Assembly (NCBI RefSeq): GCF_000372725.1
Contig: NW_005201191.1
Location: 92,745 to 156,744 of the forward strand
Source: Emiliania huxleyi CCMP1516
Lineage: Eukaryota
DNA length: 64,000 nucleotides
Direction: 5' to 3'
Both the position numbers and the translations under genes were made by a program. Positions 36,950 through 49,840 of the stretch are shown in pieces; within the stretch, counting starts at the first letter, position 1; the number at the start of each line of letters is the position of its first letter. The notes under the pieces are model-generated. The model was not told the DNA's origin. It ran no database searches and worked only from the letters and a program-made list of their open reading frames with translations.

Positions 36950-37134
36950 CGGCGCAAGTCTGAGGACCAACGAGAGTCGACGATGCAGGGAGACCGTCGG
37001 TTGTGATGTCGGAGCCACGCAACCTTAATGATTCCGTTTTTCTTTCCGGTGGTGGCGCCAACGAGCGAGGAGCCGCGCCATCAGAGGGACGCGCCGCTGC
37101 GAGATGGAGGGCGGCGGTGACGGAGGCAAGGCGC

Positions 37135-37136
37135 GA

Positions 37137-37195
<59 letters not shown>

Positions 37196-37199
37196 GGCG
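37135..37199. repeat. (GGC)n microsatellite
   Basis: About 20 GCG units. Confidence 0.95.
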
Positions 37200-37744
37200 A
37201 GAACGGCGGCACCGAGTTGTCTCGGTGAGCGGAGCGGCGGCAGGAGGAGGAGCAGCTCGCTGTTGAGCGCTTTGGAGCCTGGGACCCCATGCCACTGCGA
37301 CCGGCGTGCCCGGGAACAGAGATCGCGCGCGCGCCGCCACTCACGACGGTCGGCCGCCAGAAACCACGCCTGCGTGGATCGCGTCGCACCAATCCTCGCT
37401 ACCCAACGCGGCCAAAGGATATCCACCTCGAGAACCTCGAGAACTCACGACGCGCGCGCGATCTTCGCGGAGTCGGGTCCCCAGAGGTTGCGTGACGATG
37501 TCGGAGCCACGCAACCTGGATTGCGTTTTTTTTTCCAGGTTGTTGGCCTGAGAGCTAGCAGCAGTGCTAGCAGCGCCAGTCCGCACCTGTGTCGAGCCTG
37601 TCTGCTGTGAGAGAGAGTTGTTTTGTTAAACTCTTTTTGGGAGGCGGGTTACAACGCCAGGGAGGACTAGGACGTACGTCGATGTGAGAGGAGAGAGAGA
37701 GAGAGATTTTTGAAAAAAATCTCTTCTCGACGTGCAGCTGCTGC

Positions 37745-38960
37745 CTTCCAAAAAGAGTTTAACACTTCTAGTCCGTGCACTCGACCGCCCTCGCCGCAGG
37801 CAAGCTCATTCACAATCTGCTCTGCGATTGCCGTGTGAAGAACGACTGAGATGCGCTGCTTCTGCAGCCCCAGCCAGCTCTTGGTGGTCCATGTCACCTC
37901 ATCGAGGTACTGGGCCCGCGTCAGCTTGTTCTGCAGCAGGGCACGTTCGCCGCCTTCCAGAGGATCTCGCCGACCCCCTTCTCGAACCCACCGAACGACT
38001 CGAACAGCAGCAGCTGCACGTCGACGTCCTTGTCCTCCCTGGCGTAGCGATACTCGCCGCCATAGGACGGTATGCGGCGGTCGCCGCCCACCACCCTTCC
38101 CCCCTAGTATGCCAGCGACCCGTCCCCTGCCCCCTCTCGCCCTTGCTCTTCCTCTCCCCCTCCATGCCCTCGCCCCGGTACCCCTCCCCCCCCTCCCCCC
38201 CCTCCCCCCCCCCCCCCTCCCTCCTCGCAGTAGGGCCCATGCCCAACGACCATGTTCCGGTAGAACGTCGGTGTTGCCGAAAGCGACAAAAGCGCCCTTC
38301 CGACCGTGCTCCCCGCTGCTGCTGAGGGGGCAGACGACCTTGACATCGCCGGAATAGCGCCTGCCGCCCCCGCCAATGTTGCACGCGTCCACGTCGGGCT
38401 GTTTGTTGTAACTATGACCGAGGTGGTTTGTCGGAGCTCCATTCGCACAGCTGTGCCCCACGCGGCGCGTAGGGCGAGGATGAGGCGCTGAAGAGTACTT
38501 GTGTTTGATGTTGTGGCCCTGCTGCGGAACGTTGACAGCAGCGTCGCCAAACTCGTCGTGGTCCGCATCGCCCAGGTCTCCATTCGCATGTCATCCCGCA
38601 TGGGGATGGCGTTGAGGAAGGCGCCGGCGCCATCCTGGCTCACCGCCACGAAGCGGACCGCCTCCCGGGAGCCGCGTGCCTCGCCCGCTCCCTGCCCTCG
38701 GCACGCGCCTTGCCCTTCTTGCCACGAGGAGCAGACCGCGATCCTTCGGAGCCCTCCTCGGCGCGTCCACGGCGAGGTCGCGCCAGTTCCTGTTGTGGAC
38801 CACCGTCGTGTGAAGCGCCGCTGCGCCTGATGCAGGAACTCGTTCTTGGACGTAAACTCGGCGAGGGGCAGCAGCTCCTTGGCCGGGACGAGACTCGAGA
38901 GTATGCGGCCGGAAGACCGCCCCCACCAGCCCCTCCTCGGCACACGCCACACCCCGGCAG
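37745..38960 (-). mobile_element. Degenerate, 5'-truncated non-LTR retrotransposon of restriction-like-endonuclease type (CRE-like C-terminus)
   Basis: Frameshifted motifs occur in the expected order: SQDGAGAFLNAIP, KQPDV, GDVKVV, LLFESFGGF, QRISVVLHTAIA. Confidence 0.6.
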
Positions 38961-40163
38961 CCAACGTGACCGGGGGGCGGGTAACGTGTGTCGTGTCAAA
39001 AACACTGTTCAGTTTTCAAAGGCAAAACACAACGCTCTGCGGTTGGTGCACCCCTCGCACTGACACATTCCCCTCATCCCTTCCCTTGGCTGAGCACATC
39101 TACCTGCGAGCTAGCATCTCCGCATTTTCTCCTCTAGTCATCCGCCCGCGCCGCGCGTCACTATGGGCGTCTAGTGCAGCCACTGACAGAGCTATTCCGA
39201 AGGAGTGGTCGACGCCTCGCCTAGAGTCGGGTGGGCCCGCGCACTGCTTAGCCCTGAGGGGGGAGTGTGTGTGAGGCGGTGTAATGGGTCCTGTTTAAGG
39301 CGACAGTCTGGGGGATTAGGCGGGAGGGTCGGCAGCTCAGCCGGGCCTCGGCCATGGGCTGAGCGTCTGCGGGAAGCCTTCTGCCCGCGCCGAGTTCACA
39401 GCCTTCCCAGCCGACGGGGTTTTCCTTGGAGTCGGGCCCCGCTCCCCTTTTCTGTGCCTTGCCTGTCCAGGTCTATGTGTGTGTGAGAGAGCTAGGTTGC
39501 CTTAGAGGTCGTCGCTTGAGTCGGGGGTCGGCGGCTTGGCGCGCTTGCCGAGCGACGGCGGCGTGCCCGGCGCGATCGCCGCCTTAGCGGCGGCGATGCG
39601 GTCCGCGAGAGGGTCGGCGGGCATTGGCGTTGGCGTGGCGCCGGTGCCGTCGTGGATGTATTTGCAGCCAGAGCCGTTGGCGCACTTTGCCTTGGGGTCC
39701 CGCGCGATGACCTCCGCGGTGGCAGGGCCGCGAGTCGTGGCGGTGTGTTGGGCATCGGCCGGCGGCGTGGAGGCGGCACTCGGGCGCGCCGAGCGCAATG
39801 CTGCTGGGCTTGGGTCGCTGTTTCTTGGGGGGGCTGTGTCGTGTCAGTGAGTCGTGTGTGTGGAGAAGTTTACCACGCGGCTTTACGTTCACCTTACCTT
39901 ACCACAGTTGACACTCCCACGCGCCACTCATGCCCTTCTGCACGCACACCGCACGTACGTCCCCGCGCGCACGCAAACATGCGCTGCGCGCCAACGCAGA
40001 CTTTGTGCTGGCGTCCCATGGCGGCTCCGAGCCGCCCGCACCAGCTGCGCGCCTTCCGCCGGGGCTGGCAGGCGTCAAACGACCTGTTAGTTAGGTCGTT
40101 CTTGCGCGCTATGCGGATCCAATGAAGGACGCAAAGGACGCAAAGCTAGCGCCGCTTCGCGCA

Positions 40164-43100
40164 CTACTTGCGCGCCGTGATCACGCCAAGCGTAGCGGCG
40201 ACCGTGACGGCCACGGCAGCGGCGACCTCGAGCGATGCGATTGGCTCCACCACCTGGTCGAGCGACGGAGCGAAAGTGGGCGACGGGGCGGGGAGGAGTG
40301 GGGACAAGTACAAGTGACAAACTTGGGACGGGAGAGAGGGCTCACCTCGCCATCGATGTAGTGCATCGGCTTGGGGTTCACGGCCGCCACGACGAGGCGG
40401 CCGAGGGAGGGGCAAGCCGCCTCGACGAGCGGGACGAGGTACTTGTTGCGCGCGACGACAGCCGCGCTGTTGTACGAGGTCGCGACACCGTCGACGATTG
40501 GCCAGCCGCCGTGCATAGTGAGCGGGCTGTGCAGCCCGTCGGCTACGACCTTGGTTATCTTGAGGACGGGCGCCTGGCAGGAGGGGGGGGGGCAGGAGGG
40601 GGGGTGGGCAGGAGGGGGGGGGGGGGCGGGGGGCTAGCATCGGGAGAGGCAGGGGTGTGTGTGTGGTGCTGGGGGTATAGACGCGCCTGCACGAGCGTGC
40701 CCGCGGCCGGCGACGCGAGCCAGACCGTCTCTCCGACGGCAACCTCGGACGCCTGCTTGAGCGCCTTTGCCGGGCCGGCGGGCAGCTTGTGCGTCGGGGT
40801 GAGCGTGACCGTCGCCGTCGCGGTGGCGAGCGAGAGGAAGGCCGCCTTGGCGGACGGGTCGGCCAGCGAGAAGGAGGAGACGACGTCGAAGCCGAGGGTG
40901 CCTAGTAGAAGTAAGCGACTGTGAAACAGATGAAATCGCTCTCACACGGCATCGAAAACGAGGGCGCCGTCCGCCGCCGCCGCGAGGATCGAGTCGCCGG
41001 CGGAGAGGGAGGAGAGGGGGGCGGTAGCGCCGTCGGCACGATGCACCGTCGCAGAGCTCGGGAAGCACGGCGGGTCCGTGGACTGCGGCTCCACGTCAGG
41101 TGGCGACATTGGTGGCGGCGGCGTGGGCGGCGGATGGGAGGGCGAGGCCGACGGCGGCGGCGGTGGGGAGGGCGGCGCCATTGGCGGAAAGGGCGGGGGC
41201 GGCAGGGTCGGCGGAGAGGGCGGCAGAGAAGGCGGCGTGCTGTTGCATACGTTATCCCATAAGCTTGGAAAGGACGGCCAGGAGGCTAGCCAGGAGTTCG
41301 TCGCCATGCTAGCGTCACCGGGGGGGTAGGGCGGCAGGCCGGGGGGGTAGGGCGGTGGCGGGTAGGGCTGCAGGCCGGGGGGGTAGGGCGGTGGCGACGG
41401 AGGTGGCGGTGAGGGCGGCGGCGAGGGCGGCGGCGTGGGAGCCTTGCCTGGCGGGAAGGGCGGTGTCGAGGGCGGCGGCGGCTCAAAAGGAGGCGGCGAG
41501 GGAGGCGGGCTAGGCGCCATCCACCACTGCCATCGCTCCCTCAACTGCCGTTGAACACATCTGATGAGGTCGATGCCTGTCTGATGTGTTTGACAGTGGG
41601 CGATGGACAGGCTAATGTTGAACCCACGAAACATCCCACTGTCGCCGAGGACCATATTGGCCGTGTTGTCGCCGAGGACAATGTCTGTGGCGTTGTCACA
41701 GATAACAATGTTGGAAACATTATTGCCGAGTGAGACGTTGAAAATATTGTTGCCGAGGTAGACGTTCGAAGCTTCGTGGCCGATGACAATGTCAGTGGCA
41801 ACATGGCCAATCGTAACTTGCTCGGCGTTCCGACCGATAGAAACTGATGATGCTTTGCTACCAATGAACGTCGTCAATTGCTTGTTGACGAATTCCACGC
41901 AGTTCGACGCATTCCAAGTGAGGCACCCAACAAAGACGGCGGAGTAACCGCCAATTGTGACATCTTTGGCGTCATCCCCGATGTAAAACCCGCCGACTAT
42001 GATGCCCAAAGTCCCAGGTTGAGGTTCAGTGTAGTCAGCAATTGTGATTTGGTCGTAGCCACCAATGGCGATGTTTGCGGCATTCTGGCCGATCCCACCG
42101 TAGGTATGAGGTATTTTGTAGACATTGTCGCCAACAGCGAGGTCCCCGCTTTTGCCAATGGTGACGTTGGTGGCACCGTCGCCCACGGAAATGCTGCCGC
42201 CGAAATACCTAGTATTTCTACCTATCATAATGTTGCCAAAGCCACCGAAGGTGACGTCGTTGCAGTTGCTGCCAATATCAATGTATAAAGGATTGTCGCC
42301 AAGGAAGACGTTGCGGTTGTTGTTGCCAATTTTAAGGGCATTGAATACAATGCCTTCAGCGTTTTCGCCTATCGCAATGTTGGCACTCTTGCCAATGGTA
42401 ATATTCTCGTTCATGTTGAACACCACAACATTACCAATGGCGATGTTCTTGGCACCATCGCCGACTGTAATGTTGGTCAGTCCTCCGATGGATATGTCGA
42501 CGTTCCCGTACCCCAGTCCGAAAGTTCCAAAACTGCCAGCACCTGTAGTTCCCAAAGAGCCGAAAGTTGGAAATGTGAACTTCTGCAAGGGGTCACTGTC
42601 CTTGCAAGGATTCAATGCGTCGCCCCAGTTGGTGAGGTTAGCAATGTCATGCGGTGACGACGGTGGTGGGGACCAGGGGGGGGGTGGGGAGGACGGCGGC
42701 GGGCCCAAGCTGTTGCCAAAGGTAAGGTGAGTGATGTCGCCTACTGTGATGTTCTTCGAGTGGCTTCCGATAGCGCCGGCACAAATGGAAACGGCATTCA
42801 CGGCGTGCCCGATTGTGATATCCGACACCTTGCCCATGGTGATGTGGCTCGTGTAACTGTCAATTCCGAAGGTGCCAATAACCACACTGATAGCCTGATC
42901 GCCAATGGTGATGCGCGTAGTGCGTGGGGTGATGATATAGCTCGCGTGAAATCCAATCGCTACGGCGTTAATGGTGATAAAGGTAGCTGCTTCACCCAAG
43001 GTGACATCGGAGCTGCCGCCAGTGGTGATAAAGCTCGAGCCCCAGCCAACTCCCACTGCACCAATGCCTAGCCCACGAGATTTATCGCCCAAGGTGACAT

Positions 43101-45444
43101 CGGAGCTGTCGCCGATGGTGATGTAGCTCGCGCGCGAGCCAATGGCTACGACGTCAATGCTGATAGAGGTAGCTGCTTCACCCACGGTGACATCGGAGCT
43201 GCCGCCAGTGGTGATAAAGCTCGAGCCCCAGCCAACTACCCCAGCACCAATGACTAGCGCAGCAGATTTATCACCCACGGAAATGCGCACATGTTTGCCG
43301 ATTTGGACGTTCCTTGTGTGGCCAAAGATTGAGATCGCCTTCACGGCGACATACGCGACTGCCTCCCCCAAAACAAGATTGGAGTTGTCGCCGATGGTGA
43401 TGTCGCTCGCGTGCTCGCCAATTGCTAATGCGCCAATTGTTGCGGGGCCAGAGCTGTTGCCAAAGGTAATTTGGGTGTTATCGCCGATGGAGATGCCGGT
43501 GGCGTTTTTCCCGATTGCGACGGAGTTGACGGCGACATACGCGACTGCCTCCCCCCAAAAAAGATTGGAGACGTCGCCGATGGTGATGTCGCGCGCGTTC
43601 TCGCCAATTGCTAATGCGCCAATTGCTACGGGGCTCGCCGGAAGCGCGGTGACGTCTGGCAGCGCGGTTGAGGATGCGACAAGCGCGGCGCCGCCAGTGA
43701 CGGTGACCGAACTGCCAGCGACGGTGGCCAAGCAGAGAAGGACGCTGAGCAGGCTGGACCAGCCGAAACGGCGGGCCTTTGAGTTGCGGCGCCACATCGC
43801 CGTGCCGGCGGCGACCGCGGCGGCGACCTTCGGCGGACCCGCCGCGAGCCACGAGAAGGCGCTCGCGAAGAAGCCGGCAGGCGCCGCCGCCGCGCTGGTG
43901 AGGCACGCCGTGGCGGCAGCGAGGCAGGTGGCCCACACCGCGCCGCGAGCCCCCTTTCCGCTCGCCGCGGTCGGCCAGGAGGCGCCGCAGGCGATGGCGA
44001 GGAGGATGAGCACGAGGGCGGGCACGAGAAGCGGCGAGCAGCTCACGAGCGAGGACGCCTTCGAGGCGACGGCGGGCGAGAAGGCCGAGGACGCCGCCGA
44101 GGCGACGCCGGATGAGAAGGTAGAGGACGCCGACGAGGCGACGGAGGCTGCCGAGGCGACGGCAGACGAGAAGGCCGAGGCCACCTCCGTCGGGCTAGGC
44201 ACGGCGGGCGCGCAGTGGCCGAAGGCGGGTATGCAGACGAGGAGCAGCCACCGGAAGGCGCCCTCGGCCTTCGTGTAGCCGCCCCGCACGCAGTCGGCCG
44301 CCGCCTTGAGGCCGGCGCGACCGCCGGCGCCGCATGTGCCAGCGCCGGCGCCGCACGTGCCAGCGGCGAATGGCGCCTTGCCGGACGTGGTCTGCGGCTC
44401 GCGGCGCCGGTCCGGCGACTTGCAAGGCGGCGTCTGCGGCCCGCCGCGCGGCTTCGGTCGCCGGTGCGAGCCGCGGCCGCGGCCCTTTGCCTTGCCAGAC
44501 TTGCGCCTGCCCCCTGCCTTGCCAGACTTGCGCCTGCCCTTGCCAAACGTGGGGTTGTTGCGGCAGCGCATGGCCTTGCGCCGGCACTTGCACCCGCACC
44601 CCGACCGCTCGGCGTCCAGCTTCGCCCGCTGCATCTTGGTGAGCAAGATCGCGGCCATCGCCTTGTCGCGCACGGCGAGATAGTACTCGCGTGACGCGGC
44701 GTCGGCCTGCCCCGCGCCCGCGACCGCGCCAAGGGGCTTGGGCGCCACGCCGAAGGAGGTGGGGACTCCCGGCGACGGCGACTTCTTGCCGTCGGCGGGC
44801 GTAGCCTGGTAGACGACGCTCTCGCCCAGCCGGCGGACTTCGGCCTCGACGCCGTCCACGTAGCCCGGTCCGGAGCCGCTGCGGGCCGACGCGGGCCCGC
44901 TCTGCCCCACCTCCTTCGGCGTGGGCAGGCCCGGGTGGCAGGTGGTGTCCTGCAAAGCGCGATAGGGGCACACGGGAAGGGAGATTATTACCGGTGGGAG
45001 AGCGAGAAGTGCCAGGAGAGAATGCTGCGGCGCGCTCACCGCTGGGTCAGGCGTGTTGGAAACGGTCTTGGCCGGCTTCTCAACCTCCTTGGCAGCCTCC
45101 TCGGCGACGGCCTCCTTGGCGACGGGCGCCTCCTCGGCGACTGCCTCCACGGCGGCGGACACCTCGGCGGCGGCAGACTTGGTGGTCGCCTCCTCGGTGG
45201 CGGCTTTCTCGGTGGCAGACTCGGCGGCGGCGGACTTGGTGGCGGCGGACTCCTCCGCGGCGGCGGACACCTCGCCGGCGGCGGACTTGATGGTCGCCTC
45301 CTCGGTGGCGGACTCCTCGGCGACGACGGCCTCCTCGGAGGCGGCCTCCTGAGTGGCGGCCTCCTCCTTCACAACGACGTCGTTGTTGACGCCGCACGCC
45401 TGCGCGAAGGAGAAACGTAAATGTTTGGAGAGTGACGGGGACAC
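40164..45444 (-). CDS. Large surface protein: hydrophobic segments, IG-rich beta-solenoid, Pro-rich stalk, Hedgehog-type Hint domain and C-terminal TM; 5' exons uncertain (may extend to ~46200)
   Basis: 1500-aa ORF ending in CFPSSATV...LSAGDSIL. Downstream exons give TLTPTHKL (TxxH), GLHSPLTMHGGWPIVDGVATS and a TM VAAAVAVTVAATLGVI. Confidence 0.82.
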
Positions 45445-47397
45445 CGCAGGGACAATTCCGATCCTGGCGTAAAAGTGCGCACCTCAGCTCCGAGGAGCGA
45501 AGGCGGCAGCGACATGATGCCGGCCTTGACGGAAGCCGTTGACCCGAGCTCGGTCTGAACCTGGCCCCCCTTCTCAGGCGCGAAACAAAAGCTGATTGGC
45601 ACCTTTGCGAGGCTCCGATGGAACACGTGGGGGTTGTCGAACCAGACGCCCCTTGTTGATCTCACAACCAAGAAAGCCGACTCGCCCTCGCTCTCATTGA
45701 AGTCGACCATGTAGCGCCTTCTCGGTTCGCGTCCTGCAGAGCAGACAGAATGGGTGCCGTGAGCGGAGTGCGACAAAGCGCCAGCATCGCGGAATGGCAT
45801 TGGGCGGAGAGGTGTGCGAACAGCTATGCGCATGTGTGGGGTCTGAAATGAGAGGGGAGTGACGGGGGACAAAGCTCGGACGTTGAGCCTGCGGAGGGCG
45901 GCGCAACGAGGGAGCGGGCTCAGGCTCATGTTGCGGGCGAGTGATGCAGGCGACGACGCCGGAGAATGAAGAGAGGCCGCGCGGACGAGGGCGAGGTCGA
46001 GGGCAAGGGCGGCGGCGGCGGTGGCAACGCAGCGGCGCACCGCACTCTCGTCCGCGATGTCCGTGTAGCACTCGGTGGTCGCCTGCGACAAGCCGAAGTT
46101 GTGGCCGCCCTTGTAGGCCTTCGAGCAGGGACGCGCAGCAGGTACGCGCAGGGCCGAACGGCGTGTCCAGGAGCATAAGTAGCATGATGTTGATGTACGT
46201 GATGCTGATGGTGGTGGTGGTGGTGACGATGACGATGATGACGATGATGACGTATGAGCATCATCGCGACGTGCCGGATCGCGTCGCGGTACATGCTCTC
46301 AGCGCTCGCTCCGCACGACGGGTGATGTGTGTGTTTGTCCGCACGACGGGGGATGTGTGTGTTTGTGCGTCGGTGGAGAGGTGTATGCTACGAGTGGAGG
46401 GGCGCAGGCGCTCACGAGCAGCGTCGATGCACCTCGCACCTACTCACAGCGGACGCAGCTTGAGGCCGCTCGCACCTACTCACAGCACGCAAGAGGCCGC
46501 GGCGCTTCCCTCGCCCACGTTGTTTTGGATCTGCGCGGGCGACGGCGACGAGCGTCAGCAGCACAAAATGGGATGAGCATGGTGTTGGCTTGTTTTGGGG
46601 GTCGCGGGGGCGCTGTAGGCATGGAGGCGACCCGCGCTCAGGAGCGCTCCGATTGTCCAGATTCGTGTCGATACTCGGATCGAGCCGCTCGCACGGCGGT
46701 CGCAGCACGGCGTGCAGCCGGGCTCGCTTCAGTGGTGGTTGTGGGGCGAGGCGGGGCACGCGCGGTGGCAGCTCTCATCTCGGCTGCGTCGCGCCGGGCG
46801 AGGGGAACCGAGCGGCACCTGGAATCTCGTGTTGACCGAGCTGTCTGGCTGGCGATCAAAACCGGCGCCCTCGACCGACGGCTTTGGTTGCGGTTCCTGC
46901 TTGCGATCACAAAACAGGGTCTCGACAAGTTTCAAGAAATGTGTGGCGAGAATGTGTGGTGTTCGTGATGAACGAACGCGCACCCCCCCCCAGGCTCTGC
47001 TCCTGTGGTGGGGGCGTGACAGCTTCTACGAAGGAAGCCGTCGCCTGCGCCTTGTCGCGTGAATAAAAGGTCGTGTAGAAAAGAAAACCGAAACCTCGGC
47101 CTGCATCTCGCTAGAGACGTCATCCCCAGAGATAGGATCTACAAGGCGGTAGGTCCCGTGGTTCGCACGGCGCGCCGCTGCCGCACGCACACGGACCGTC
47201 CTCACGCCCGCTGCTGCACATTGACCAACCATACTGTACGCACCGCGCGAAGCGGCATCAAACGTGGGAAGGAGGCCTCGCCTCTCTGCTAGCACGACAG
47301 TGGCGGCGTGTCTGCGCCTCGCACCACTCGTGTCTGCGCCTCACACCTGGCCGTGGCTCTCGCAGGCGCTCAGCAGCCGGTCGGCAGCCGCCGCAAA

Positions 47398-49840
47398 ATG
47401 GACACTTTCCTCGACTTTCCCTACTACGACTTACCGCTCTCCAACGAGGTGCTTCCTTTTCTGCTCGTCGACCCTGGTGCTCTATTCGCTGCCGGATTTG
47501 AAAAAGACCGCCTGGAGAACAACGTCAGCAAAGACAGGAAGCTCTTTATAACGCCCTACCCCGACATCTACTCCTTTGCGATGTGGGCCTCCATCAGCCG
47601 CTACTTCGCTGCCGCTGGCATCAATCAGGCGGCCGAGGTCCCATTCCAGGCCGTGGCGCAGGACGACGGAACGCCCGGGAAAAACGAGCCACAGCCCGTG
47701 TCGGTCTATGGATCTTCGGACGGCGACGGTTTCATGATGCTGTGGCTCGGCTGCCGCTGCTCTTGGCCAGTGACACAATTGATGTGGTGGCAAGCCCTCG
47801 GCTGCCAGCTGCATGCGTGGGCCGCCGTCGTGGTCGCAGTGCTGACACTCATCCTCCAGATTATGATCCTCGACGGCTACCTCTCGCAGATGGTGGGTCA
47901 GGCATCCCGCCCCTCCGCACCACAACCTCACTACTAACCGTAGCGCGTGCTGATCCCGTGGCGTGCGTCTCACAGGCGCCGCACGTTCCTCGCAAACTCT
48001 CGATCGAGGTGGAGGAAGATCGATTGGGCTACCTGTGGCAGCTCATGGAGGTTATCGTGGTGCCGCTGGTCATCCTCTTCCTTGTTATCGCTTGCACGCA
48101 TGGCTCGAATATGTCCCATGCATACTTCCTACTGATGTGCGTGGTGCTGCGGTAGGGCTGCCTCACATTGAAAGAAGGCTGCTGCTGAGTCGCCGTTGTT
48201 CTGGGTTCGAGTGGCGGGCCATCCCGCTTGCGGGATGGCTTAGCGGGTTCGAGCCGTCACACATTGGCTGCCGGGGTGTGCCGAGGGGGGGCTGGGTGGG
48301 CGGTAGGCCGTCATTGCCCGGCGCTGCTTGCAGCGCTCTGGGTGGTAGTGGCGGCGCTCCAAGAGTGGTGCTCTTGGGAAGAGGTTCCTCCTTTCCGCTC
48401 CCCCCCCGCAAGGCGCGAGACACACACTGTTCTATGACAGGACTCTCGCGAACCGCTACGAAGGCCAGACCTATGCCTACTTCACCGTCGCCTTCTGGTC
48501 GGTCATCCTGACCATCAAGTATAAAATCATCTTCGCGTATGTTGTTTTGTTGATCCCCCTTTTCATCGTCAGCGGCGTGTCTGGCAACGTGCTCACGGTC
48601 CGCTCGCCGGCGTTGCTTCTTTCGCTCTTTGCACTCATTGCGCTCTTGCACTTAGGATGGGGAGATGGGGGAATAGCTTGGCCCTCTCACCTAACCACTT
48701 GTGTGGGGCATTAAGCTTGCCTTCTCCTGCGCGCTCCAGGACGCCGTCGATGTACTCGTCATTTTTACGGCCATTTCCAGCTTCCAAATGCGCGCATTCA
48801 AAATGATCATGCCCGCGGGGGGGGAGCCCGCGCCCAGCCCAGCCCCCCCCCCCCCCCCCACCCCACCCCAGGTTTGCTTTCCAGTTCGTCATGTTTGTGG
48901 GCTGCCTCGGCACCTTCACCCCCGAGTCGCCGCTCACCAGTGATCTCATCACGTACGTCGTCGGCATGCGGCAGCCTGTCCTTGACCGCGCTTTCGCTTA
49001 CGTCGGTCAGTGGTGGCAGCTTGCCGTCGGCGTTTTGTTGATCTACATCCTGCCGGAGAGCACTTGGGCCGGCGCTCGCCACACCACGCCGGCGTCGCAT
49101 TGCTACTTACGCATCCCCTCTTGCTTCGTAGTACTACTTCTCCGCCCTCGTCCTGTGGGTCGTTCCGATCTCGGCCGTCTACTACGAGATCTGCTCAAAG
49201 GAAATCCCCCGCCCCGCCGCCAAGCCCTCTCTGAGCGCTAAGCCCCCGTCCCCTATCCACTGACCTCGAGAGCGCGGTGCTGACCTGCTCCGTCAGGCCA
49301 TCCTTTGGTGCATGGAGGGCCCATCAGCTTGCCCGCCGCACACCGGACCATGCCTCCATCTCATCGGCATCGGCACTACGCTCGTATGCATCTTCCTGTT
49401 TGTGCTGCGCTACGGCTGCTTCCTCTTCCCGTGCGTCTGCGCGCCCGAGGTATGCCCGGCTGGCTCCCCCCCCTCACGCACCCGCTCTTCACGCCTCCAG
49501 CCGTGCACAGGTGCCCGGCTGGCTCGCCTTCCCGCCCTCGACCGACCTGCTCTCGCCGCTCGGTAAGACGTGGGGCTTCAAGTACTGCACCCTCTTCGTC
49601 CAGCGCGTCGTCGGCTTGTGGAATGGCGCCGACTGGCCGCGGGACTGCGCCATGGAGCCGGACGCGAGCAACTACGCATCGTCCGCAGACCCGAGGCACT
49701 TTGCGGCATCGGTGGGCAAGGCGCTTGCCGGGCACGACGCAGACGTCGAGGAGCTGCGCGGGATGTTCGAGCGGCAGGCCGCGCAGGCCGCGCAGCAGGC
49801 AGCGCAGATCGCGGCGCTGCAAGCCCAGGCGGCGGGCTAG
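47398..49840 (+). CDS. Multi-exon polytopic membrane protein of unknown family
   Basis: Consecutive hydrophobic exons with GT/GC-AG introns (e.g. 48152-48440 restores the frame). Coiled-coil-like C-terminus. Confidence 0.6.
48218..48428 (+). repeat. Structured dispersed repeat, copy 1 (intronic)
   Basis: Similar to the reverse complement of 63292-63485. Confidence 0.75.

Noticed and set aside
39492..39800. CCCH-like zinc finger fragment (CANGSGCKYIH), minus strand
   Set aside because: It is short and frameshifted, and no gene model could be built.
48200..48260. GGTTCGAG B-box-like motifs suggesting a tRNA
   Set aside because: No cloverleaf or A-box spacing. Kept only as part of the structured repeat.
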